64,000 nucleotides of DNA from a virus (taxonomy: Duplodnaviria > Caudoviricetes): positions 60,567 to 124,566 of the IMG/VR virus record IMGVR_UViG_3300033066_001396, one strand, 5' to 3'. This document shows, in pieces, positions 56,177 through 64,000 of this stretch. The translations under genes and the position numbers were made by a program. A model generated the notes under the pieces. The model worked only from the letters and a program-made list of their open reading frames with translations, did no database searches and was not told the origin of the DNA. Numbering within the stretch: the first letter of the stretch is position 1; each line of letters starts with the position of its first letter.

Positions 56177-59100
56177 TTATACCCCTCTTTCTGTTGTTAC
56201 AGAATATCCTTGAGAACCAGCAACAACATTGTAATTAACACTTACCCCAGGACCAGATGTTGATGGACAGTTGCTGCTTCCAGATTGTCCATTTATAGGG
56301 TTACCCTGGCTTGTAAAGAATGACAACGTGTCCCCAGAAGACAACCCAGAGATGGTAGTTTTAAAGGCGCAGGCCCCCACAACGCTTCCTATTGTAATAG
56401 TAGAGCCACCATTTACCGTATACTGCAATGTAGCGGTGCCTGTAACGCCAATGTCTTTAGCGTATACATCCACACTTGCCGCTACAGGACTCGTGCTCGG
56501 AGTGGGGGAGGGGGGAGGAGGGGGGAGGGAAGGGGAGGGAGGAGGAGAGAGGGAGGGAGTGACTGATGTAACGCTAATACTTGGAGTATTAGAAGCAGTG
56601 ATCGATGCACTACGAGTATTGGTCGGGGTCACAGACGGTGTGATACTAATACTTGGAGTATTAGAAGCCGTGAGAGATACGCTACGTGTATTGGTCGGGG
56701 TATTGGTTGGAGTAACGGTATTGCTAGGCGATATCGTAGGGGTTATTGAAATGCTACTAGTTTTTGTAGGGGTTACTGTTGGCGTCTTGGTATTAGTTGG
56801 AGTATTTGTAGGGGTTATTGAAATCGAACTGGTTACCGTAGGCGTTACAGTTGGGGTTTTTGTATTAGTTGGAGTGTTTGTAGGGGTTATTGAAATGCTC
56901 TTTGTAACGCTTGGCGTGGCCGTGGCGCTTATTGAGGTAGATTTAGTAATACTTGGAGTAACGGTAGCTGTAATTGAGCCAGTGACGCTAGGGGTTATGG
57001 AGGCCGTTAATGAAATACTTCCTGTAGTACTTGGGGTGATCGTAGGCGTTACGCTGGCCGTTACCGAAATACTGCCCGTGATACTTGGTGTGGCCGTTAC
57101 CGAACTGGTTACGGATGGAGTTGACGATGCATTAGGATTGCAATCCCAGGTGCCACATGTTCCTGTATTAAATATTTGAAGTCCTTCAAAGGTATCTGGG
57201 AAGTTGCCAGATCCACCACCTTCAGCAACATAGCTCCATGCTCCCGTACCGCTTCTAAAGCATGTATTTATTATTTCAGACGGGGTAAGCGTATGGTTAT
57301 ATGGTGAACCATCGCAATTTGTTCCCGTAATCTCTATATTAAATCCATAGTATGATGTAATCTCCCAATTTATACAATCACAAGTTGTAGTGCTTGTGCT
57401 TGGGGTAATTGAGATGCTGGATGTAATAGAAGGAGTATCTGAAATTGTTACGCTTATTGAACTGGTTACCGATGGCGTTACCGTAATGGAAGCAGTTACA
57501 CTTGGAGTTGTGGAACCGGTTGTACTTGGGGTGTCCGAAATACTAGATGTTACACTTGGAGTTGCTGAGGCAGAAAAAGAAGTACTTGAGGTGACGGAAG
57601 GAGTATCTGAAATGGTTACGCTTATTGAACTGGTTGTGCTAGGAGTTACCGGAGGAGTAACACTTGAAGTTAAACTAATTGAAGGTGTGACAGTACTGGT
57701 TATCGAAATGCTTTTTGTTTTGGTTGCGGTGACTGAAATACTAGATGTGACTGAAGGGGTAATGGAAATGCTCGGAGTTTCAGAAACGGTAACAGATGCG
57801 GTAGTAGAAGGCGTGACGCTAATTGTAGGGCTAGGCGTAGTGCTTATTCCTACTGTATTTGAGATACTGCTGGTTACTGAAATGCTGGGCGTTATGGATA
57901 TACTTGATGTTGCTGATACGCTTGGAGTAGATGAATAGCTATTCGATGGCGTTGCCGAAATACTTGGGGTTATAGAAATACTTATAGAAGAAGTAATTGA
58001 AATGCTCGAGGTAATCGATACGCTTGGCGTATTGGTGACACTTGGCGTGGTACTTGGGGTTACGCTTTGGGTGACACTGGGGGTGATATCAGGAGAGCAA
58101 CATGGGGCTCCTCCGTATATAGGATCATAATAGCACCTTGAATTATAATCAACAAAATCACGCTCCCATATTAAAATTCCTTGAAAATAAAGTCTTTTGT
58201 GTACCCTACTTAAAAAGCAAGTATTTTCTAAAAATGTTGAAAACAAAACCACATTTATATCATTTCCTGCAACATGTATAGGGTTTACTGTATAAGAATT
58301 GGTACCTTGAGAATTAAACACCTCCACCCTCCAAACATAATCTGTAACCACGGTAGTAAGAGGGGCACAATTACCTTCTCTAACAACTTTTGTTGCCCCT
58401 GTCATAATTGGACACATGCCAAAATTACAAACAGTATCAACTATAAAATAAGGAACACTGTACACGCAATTGTCTCTTATCTCTAATGGCCTTTCACTCT
58501 CTGGAATGGTACTACTTGAAACACTAATACTAGGTGTTTTGCTGACAGTTTTACTAACGCTTCTTGTTATGGTAGGGGTTAGGCTAATGGTAGCGGTTGG
58601 CGTTCTGCTTGGAGTAGGTGGTACGTATCCTACAGATTGGCTAATCGTAACACTAGGCGTTGTGCTTGGTATATATCCGTCAGACTGACTAACCGTAACA
58701 CTTGAAGATGTACTTTTAGAAGTAGTAATGCTTGGGGTAGGTGGAACAGATATAGACGCGCTTGTTGTTGGTGTCGTACTTGGGCTTGGCAAAGCCGCAT
58801 ATCCTTCATCAATATCGCTGGTTATTTCATTGCCATTTATATCTAAAACAACAACCAGGTAAGAATATCTTTTAAACTGAACAACATCATAATCATCATA
58901 ATACATTTGTGTGGTTGGTCCACCCATTAAGTCAAAACTATTGCTTACATCATCAAAACGATATAATTGAAAAATGTTTCCTGGAATACCACTCCACGTA
59001 ACACGTATCCGGTCTCCATATTGACCTGAACTCGCTTTAACCCCATAAGGAGTAGCGAATAGAGCAGAAGTACTTGGCGTGATTGAAACGCTAACAGAAG

Positions 59101-60535
59101 GTGTTGGGGTTTGGTGGCATGGAATACAGAACTCATACCTCCAAGATGGAGAAGGGCTAACTTCGGGGCTTATGCTTATGCTTTTCGAGACAACAATACT
59201 TCCCGAAACAACAACTGTACCAGGAACGGTATCTTTAAAATCATCGATAGCATTAATCAAAGCATCTATTTTTACCGGTTGTGGCTTTACAGCAAGACCA
59301 GCTTTAAACAATGGTGTTTTAGGCTGAACAACTCTTGGACTTGGAAGTACTGTAACAGAAATAGAGGGAGTGATCGGTATTGTGACAGAAATCGAGGGGG
59401 TATGAGTGGTCGTCACAGACGGAGTAACTTCGCCTCTTGCCTCCAATAACGACGCTTGCTCATACTTAAAAGGATAGGAACCACATATCTTTTTAAATTT
59501 AGTAATGGAGTTAGCCGTTGTTATCCTTGGATTGGCATTGGTTAATTTAGATGACAGTATAAACTCTCCATGATATATTCCACCTATAAGATTAATGGTG
59601 GCTACCTGTTGTCCTGGCTGGGTCGTATCAAGAGCATTATCATTGTCATGAAGGAAAAATGTTACATCTATATGAGCCGTTGGGTCAACCTCTATGTTGT
59701 AATCAAAAGTAACGTGCAAACCATCTTCACTTACTTTTATATTAGTTATTGATTCTTTAGGACACGACTTGGTAAATGCCATATCAGTACAACCATTACA
59801 TGTAGCTATTACTTTGTATGGTACATCTCCATTATCAGCTATGAATGATTCGTTTTTATGAGGTATAGCAGAGTAATCTCCATAACTGACAGTCAATAGC
59901 TTGCCATATTTATCGTACCACTCGTATTTAACGTTCTTAATACCAATGAATTCATAAAAATTGTTATAGTGAAGGACTCCTGTCTGGTAACCAGATGAAA
60001 AAGATGAATTTGAGAGTTTGCTTTCAGGCGTTAATAGAGTTAGTTTTACTACTTTTTCAGAAGTGTCTACGGGGTCTCCAACACAGTAAGTTATCGGAGG
60101 ATATGAACCAATATATGTACAGCCATTATAAAATATAAGTGCATATTTTAAAAAACCGATCTCAAAAGTATAACATTTAGAACCAGGGTCTGGATTTTGA
60201 TGATCAGGTGATTCTTCAATTCTATTTAGGTCTTGGAAAATGTCATTCTCTTCATATAAATTACTTACTTTAAGTTGAAATCTATCTTTATTATTAATAC
60301 GAATCGCAAGCGTTGAATTTTCTATGCTAGATAGTTCCCCTAAAGGGTTGCGAATCTCTATCCTTGATTTTAAACGTAAAAACCTCCGGCCAAGAAAATC
60401 CTCCTTTTGATCAATACTTTTTATATTAAATACAAGATATACCTCATCACAGTTACACCCTGGCACATCGGTAGTGGCTTTATAGCCTCCATCAATTTCT
60501 TCTATACTTACTTTAAAGGGGGTGCAATCTGCCAC
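56177..60535 (-). CDS. Ser/Thr/Pro-rich repeat fibre-like protein with FN3-like and Cys-rich domains (1452 aa)
   Basis: Long SITPSVT/TPTNT repeats; TPYGVKAS..IRVTWS..YDDYDV..YSYLV FN3-like domain; poly-Pro linker. Confidence 0.75.
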   Translation of the reverse strand: MADCTPFKVSIEEIDGGYKATTDVPGCNCDEVYLVFNIKSIDQKEDFLGRRFLRLKSRIEIRNPLGELSSIENSTLAIRINNKDRFQLKVSNLYEENDIFQDLNRIEESPDHQNPDPGSKCYTFEIGFLKYALIFYNGCTYIGSYPPITYCVGDPVDTSEKVVKLTLLTPESKLSNSSFSSGYQTGVLHYNNFYEFIGIKNVKYEWYDKYGKLLTVSYGDYSAIPHKNESFIADNGDVPYKVIATCNGCTDMAFTKSCPKESITNIKVSEDGLHVTFDYNIEVDPTAHIDVTFFLHDNDNALDTTQPGQQVATINLIGGIYHGEFILSSKLTNANPRITTANSITKFKKICGSYPFKYEQASLLEARGEVTPSVTTTHTPSISVTIPITPSISVTVLPSPRVVQPKTPLFKAGLAVKPQPVKIDALINAIDDFKDTVPGTVVVSGSIVVSKSISISPEVSPSPSWRYEFCIPCHQTPTPSVSVSITPSTSALFATPYGVKASSGQYGDRIRVTWSGIPGNIFQLYRFDDVSNSFDLMGGPTTQMYYDDYDVVQFKRYSYLVVVLDINGNEITSDIDEGYAALPSPSTTPTTSASISVPPTPSITTSKSTSSSVTVSQSDGYIPSTTPSVTISQSVGYVPPTPSRTPTATISLTPTITRSVSKTVSKTPSISVSSSTIPESERPLEIRDNCVYSVPYFIVDTVCNFGMCPIMTGATKVVREGNCAPLTTVVTDYVWRVEVFNSQGTNSYTVNPIHVAGNDINVVLFSTFLENTCFLSRVHKRLYFQGILIWERDFVDYNSRCYYDPIYGGAPCCSPDITPSVTQSVTPSTTPSVTNTPSVSITSSISITSSISISITPSISATPSNSYSSTPSVSATSSISITPSISVTSSISNTVGISTTPSPTISVTPSTTASVTVSETPSISITPSVTSSISVTATKTKSISITSTVTPSISLTSSVTPPVTPSTTSSISVTISDTPSVTSSTSFSASATPSVTSSISDTPSTTGSTTPSVTASITVTPSVTSSISVTISDTPSITSSISITPSTSTTTCDCINWEITSYYGFNIEITGTNCDGSPYNHTLTPSEIINTCFRSGTGAWSYVAEGGGSGNFPDTFEGLQIFNTGTCGTWDCNPNASSTPSVTSSVTATPSITGSISVTASVTPTITPSTTGSISLTASITPSVTGSITATVTPSITKSTSISATATPSVTKSISITPTNTPTNTKTPTVTPTVTSSISITPTNTPTNTKTPTVTPTKTSSISITPTISPSNTVTPTNTPTNTRSVSLTASNTPSISITPSVTPTNTRSASITASNTPSISVTSVTPSLSPPPSPSLPPPPPSPTPSTSPVAASVDVYAKDIGVTGTATLQYTVNGGSTITIGSVVGACAFKTTISGLSSGDTLSFFTSQGNPINGQSGSSNCPSTSGPGVSVNYNVVAGSQGYSVTTERGV

Positions 60536-60633
60536 TAATCACTAATGCTGACAAATGATATACGCATGTACTCTTTGTCTGCACTCACATCTGCAAGTGT
60601 TCCGGTGATCGATATCTTGTAGGCTTCTACCAT
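60535..60633 (-). CDS. Small ORF (32 aa) coupled to the 1452-aa gene
   Basis: ATG 60633 MVEAYKISITG..., TAG overlaps the GTG start of the next gene; downstream of TATATTTG (60653-60660). Confidence 0.35.
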   Translation of the reverse strand: MVEAYKISITGTLADVSADKEYMRISFVSISD

Positions 60634-60673
60634 TTTTTTGTTAGCCAAGGGTCAAATATAGCAACATTGCCGG

Positions 60674-61612
60674 TTACCAGCTAATAATAACTACTACACC
60701 GTCTCCACCTCTACCGCCAGCACCACCTCCTGTAGCACCACCACCCGTAGATCCGCCACCACCACCACCGCCGCCGCCGCCAGGGAATCCACCATTACCA
60801 CCGATTCCACCAGATCCAGCATTGGTACTGATACCATTGGTGCCACCTCCTGCACCTCCATATCCTAGCATAATACCAAGAACATTTTGCAATCCACCAG
60901 ACCCATTACCCCTGGATGCTGTTCCACCTGCAATGGTTGGAAATATCCCTGCTCCTGTTTGAGCCCCACCTGCAAAATCTGTATTGGCAGCAGCAGATGT
61001 CCCGCCACCTGCTCCCCCATTCATTTGACTTGCTGTAATTAATGTATTTGCTGATCCTGCTCCCCCACCTACAACTCCCCCTATAGCCCCTATTTTTCCA
61101 GCTATAAACTGAGTTAAACCAAAAGAGGCCCACAAGCATAATGCGATTGTAGAGATTGTTTCAGCAGCACCCGCAGCCGCCGAACCACCTGTAGATCCAG
61201 CAGTGCCACCTGTTGCGGCAGCAGCACCAGACTGCATAACTATATTTGCAGCCGTTGTGTTAGGAGCTAAAGAAATATAAGATCTTTCTCCTGCACCTCC
61301 ATTGCCTGCAACCGCTCCCGCAGCACCGCCTCGTCCTACCTGAACATATAATGGATTCGAACCAAATGATATAAGAGGAATTAACGCTCTGGCTATTGCG
61401 CCCGATCCACCACCACCTCCACCGCCCCTAACAGTACCATCGGCGCCTGACATACCACCGCCGCCGCCACCGCCACCGCCTATGACAAGCATATAAGCCA
61501 TTGTCTCGTCTGGTAAGGGATTCCATGTAGACCATGATGCTCCATTAGCATTAAATACCACTTGACGGGCTTTATATTTTCTATCTGTAGTTTCTCCTGG
61601 TTCTAAAAACAT
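60674..61612 (-). CDS. Glycine-rich tail-fibre-associated protein
   Basis: MLVIGGGGGGGG ... GGRGGDGVVVIISW; ATG 61612 is the likely start. Confidence 0.75.
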   Translation of the reverse strand: MFLEPGETTDRKYKARQVVFNANGASWSTWNPLPDETMAYMLVIGGGGGGGGGMSGADGTVRGGGGGGGSGAIARALIPLISFGSNPLYVQVGRGGAAGAVAGNGGAGERSYISLAPNTTAANIVMQSGAAAATGGTAGSTGGSAAAGAAETISTIALCLWASFGLTQFIAGKIGAIGGVVGGGAGSANTLITASQMNGGAGGGTSAAANTDFAGGAQTGAGIFPTIAGGTASRGNGSGGLQNVLGIMLGYGGAGGGTNGISTNAGSGGIGGNGGFPGGGGGGGGGGSTGGGATGGGAGGRGGDGVVVIISW

Positions 61613-61623
61613 ATTTTTTAATT

Positions 61624-62073
61624 TTAATAGTCTGTCGCCAACACAGTAACCTCCCACATGGTGTTAACTGCTGCTGCATGATGCATTGAAAATAATATTG
61701 TGTCACCTCCCGGTAGTCGTATATTCATCGGGATATCTATTGGAACTGTTCCCGTTGTTGTCTGATCTGTGGTCTGCGAGGGTAAAGCCACCTCCTGCCA
61801 AAGTCTTGTATTGGCGTTAGTTGTTGAACCAGACGTCTGGGTAGACAAATAAATCCTACCTACAGTCGCCGTGGTGGCAGTTGCCGCCGTTGTGCCGACT
61901 GGATGCAATCTAATTCTATCTATATAAGCTCCATCGGTACCCGCTGTGTAAGCAAGCAAAATATCTGTACCTATTGTACCTGTTCCATCGTTCTTGGTGT
62001 TTGCAGTTGTACCCGATACCCACGTACATCCACCCCGCTTAGGTGTTTTTCCAAATAAAGCTGTATTTGCCAT
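61624..62073 (-). CDS. Tail-fibre-associated small beta protein
   Basis: MANTALFG..TAGTDGAYIDRI..RLWQEV..ATDY. Confidence 0.65.
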   Translation of the reverse strand: MANTALFGKTPKRGGCTWVSGTTANTKNDGTGTIGTDILLAYTAGTDGAYIDRIRLHPVGTTAATATTATVGRIYLSTQTSGSTTNANTRLWQEVALPSQTTDQTTTGTVPIDIPMNIRLPGGDTILFSMHHAAAVNTMWEVTVLATDY

Positions 62074-62471
62074 TATATATATCCTCCTATTGAAATTAAA
62101 TAATGAGATTGAAATTCCATTCTTCCTAGTGTATTGTCATTTGCCCATGCTCCAGCAGACGATCCTATTGACGTACATACAAATTCCCAGTCAGAACCAG
62201 GGGGTATCGTAATTATCAAAGATCCTCCATTTGCATTTACTTTGATTAAACCACTACTATCATTGCTTATTTTATATCTATGTCCCAAAAATAGCGTAGT
62301 AGCGTCAGGTAAAACTATCGTTTGAGTAGTTGTTCCTGTAAATATTGTATGATATGGGCTTGTAACAGTAAGAGTAGTTGTTCCTGCTGCTGTTGCCACA
62401 GATTGCACACCTAAATAAATAGAAGTGAGGTCTATTTGCCGTAACTCTAGTGGATTGCTTACAGTGGTCAT
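62073..62471 (-). CDS. Tail-fibre-associated protein
   Basis: TAAGTTTLT..TGTTTQTIVLPDATTL..GHRYKISN domain. Confidence 0.65.
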   Translation of the reverse strand: MTTVSNPLELRQIDLTSIYLGVQSVATAAGTTTLTVTSPYHTIFTGTTTQTIVLPDATTLFLGHRYKISNDSSGLIKVNANGGSLIITIPPGSDWEFVCTSIGSSAGAWANDNTLGRMEFQSHYLISIGGYI

Positions 62472-62686
62472 GTTCTATAAAATATTTCTATTCTTGTCCC
62501 TGTTTTAGGGGCAAAAGCCATCGTTAAAGTAGTCCCAGACAACGTATAATGTGTTCCGCCACCTATCATCAACTGCCCTTCATAATACAACTGTTCAGAA
62601 GAAGCAATAGGCGTCGATGCTATAGTAAACGCCGTGTTAGAGCTGTTTATAGTTCCGGACGGTATTTCGTGATCGACAAAAGCCAT
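62468..62686 (-). CDS. Small fibre/baseplate-type beta domain protein
   Basis: EIPSGTINSSNTAFT..YTLSGTTLTM.FAPKTG; paralog of the C-terminal domain of the upstream gene. Confidence 0.7.
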   Translation of the reverse strand: MAFVDHEIPSGTINSSNTAFTIASTPIASSEQLYYEGQLMIGGGTHYTLSGTTLTMAFAPKTGTRIEIFYRT

Positions 62687-62690
62687 TGTA

Positions 62691-62698
62691 CAAATTTA
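62691..62698 (-). promoter_or_regulatory. TAnnTTTG promoter (leaderless arrangement)
   Basis: TAAATTTG on the - strand, 4 nt before ATG 62686. Confidence 0.5.
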
Positions 62699-62709
62699 AT
62701 CAATTAAAA

Positions 62710-63999
62710 TTAATATCTATATAAAGCTACCAACGAAGACCCTGTTTTTGGTGCAAACAACATGGTTATATTGGCTCCGGAAATAGTGTAGTCAGATCCG
62801 GTAGTCAAAAGAAGTCCATTGTAAAAAAGCCTTTCACTATTTGTAGTGGGCGTATGACTTAATGTAAAAGCTGTATTTGAACTGTCTATGCTGCCACCAG
62901 GGACTTCATATGCGAAATTAACCCCGGTTACACTTGTGGAAGGCGTAATGCTTATGCTTACACTTATTGAATTGGTTACTGAGGGGGTGGCACTTGGAGT
63001 TACTGAATTCGAACTGGTTACGGAAGGCGTTACAGTTGGGGTGATGCTTGGCGTTACAGAAATGCTTGATGTTACGGATGCCGTTACACTGGCGGTAATT
63101 GAAATTGAACTTGTGACCGAAGGCGTGATACTGGAGGTTACGGAAATGCTGGAAGTGACGCTTGCTGTTACACTTGCCGTTAATGAAATACTCGATGTTA
63201 TAGAAGGGGTAATACTTATTGAATTAGTTACGGAAGGTGTAACGCTGGCTGTGATTGAAATACTCGATGTTACCGATGGTGTTGTTGAGCCAGTAACAGA
63301 TGGTGTTACTGAAATTGAACTAGTTACCGATGGCGTGATACTGGCTGTTACTGAAATACTTGATGTAACACTTGGTGTAATACTTGAAGTTACTGAAATT
63401 GAACTGGTAACTGTCGGCGTTACTGATGCAGTCAAGCTAATCGAACTGGTTACTGAAGGGGTAATACTTATTGAACTGGTGACAGAAGGAGTGACGCTGG
63501 CCGTGATCGAAATGCTACTTGTCACTGTTGCCGTAATGCTGATAGAGCTGGTTACAGACGGGGTAATCGTAGGCGTTAAGCTGATTGAACTAGTAACTGA
63601 TGGTGTAGTGCTTGCGGTAATACTTATTGAATTGGTGACCGATGCCGTGACGCTTGCTGTGGTTGAAGGCGTCACAGAACTTGTGACCGAAATCGAATTT
63701 GTTACGGATGGTGTGGCACTAGCTGTAATACTGATCGAACTAGTTACTGATGGCGTGACACTTGAAGAAACAGAGATTGAACTGGTGACTGAAGGCGTAA
63801 CAGAAATGCTAGATGTAACAGACGCCGTGACACTTGGTGTAACGCTTGACGTTATAGATATGGAACTGGTGACCGATGCAGTTACAGATATGCTTGAAGT
63901 GACCGAAGGCGTTGTACTTCCTGTAACGCTAATTGAACTAGTTACTGATGGCGTGATACTCGAAGTTACAGATATGCTTGAAGTGACCGAAGGCGTTGT
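62710..63999 (-). CDS. Ser/Thr-rich repeat protein, 5'-truncated by the window edge
   Basis: The frame continues with S/T/V/I/P/A repeats to the window end; C-terminal EVPGGSIDSSNTAFT domain. Confidence 0.8.
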   Translation of the reverse strand, partial: TTPSVTSSISVTSSITPSVTSSISVTGSTTPSVTSSISVTASVTSSISITSSVTPSVTASVTSSISVTPSVTSSISVSSSVTPSVTSSISITASATPSVTNSISVTSSVTPSTTASVTASVTNSISITASTTPSVTSSISLTPTITPSVTSSISITATVTSSISITASVTPSVTSSISITPSVTSSISLTASVTPTVTSSISVTSSITPSVTSSISVTASITPSVTSSISVTPSVTGSTTPSVTSSISITASVTPSVTNSISITPSITSSISLTASVTASVTSSISVTSSITPSVTSSISITASVTASVTSSISVTPSITPTVTPSVTSSNSVTPSATPSVTNSISVSISITPSTSVTGVNFAYEVPGGSIDSSNTAFTLSHTPTTNSERLFYNGLLLTTGSDYTISGANITMLFAPKTGSSLVALYRY

Positions 64000-64000
64000 A
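63881..64000. repeat. Exact 36-bp direct repeat within the S/T repeat gene
   Basis: GTTACAGATATGCTTGAAGTGACCGAAGGCGTTGTA at 63881-63916 and 63965-64000. Confidence 0.85.

Noticed and set aside
56271-59449. + strand Val/Gly/Leu-rich ORFs (e.g. 56271-57179, 57390-57938)
   Set aside because: Antisense shadows of the Ser/Thr/Pro repeat codons.
29964-64000. Stop-codon reassignment (TAG/TGA), as in some crAss-like phages
   Set aside because: Very long ORFs are intact under the standard code and coding density is high.
56177-64000. Diversity-generating retroelement acting on fibre genes
   Set aside because: No reverse transcriptase and no TR/VR pair with adenine-specific mismatches was seen in the window.

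Overview
This 64 kb window is part of a large lytic-type tailed phage genome, most likely infecting Bacteroidota and showing Crassvirales-like tail and cargo genes. It uses the standard genetic code. Positions 1-29961 (+ strand) are a dense array of small early, accessory and replication genes: a DUF4942-type methyltransferase, thermonuclease, M15 endolysin-like peptidase, HNH nucleases, a C5-cytosine methyltransferase, DnaB-like helicase, Sak4-like ATPase, SSB-like protein, PD-(D/E)XK nuclease, tRNA-His and Gp157. Positions 29964-64000 (- strand) hold the virion module: an S8 protease, three large ejected/cargo proteins including a 3086-aa polyvalent protein, a muzzle/stabilisation protein, ring proteins and Ser/Thr/Pro-rich fibre-like proteins. 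Three observations stand out. (1) An AT-rich integron-like gene-cassette array (~13480-17925) has attC-like hairpins whose cassette ends are mutually complementary, and no integrase is present in the window. (2) Inside that array, a 660-nt HNH-endonuclease insertion with its own promoter leaves the host methyltransferase frame fully open (dual coding). (3) A phage-encoded PvcA/Dit1-type isonitrile synthase lies next to a cysteine-dioxygenase-like cupin. All family calls come from motif recognition by eye; no database searches were run.
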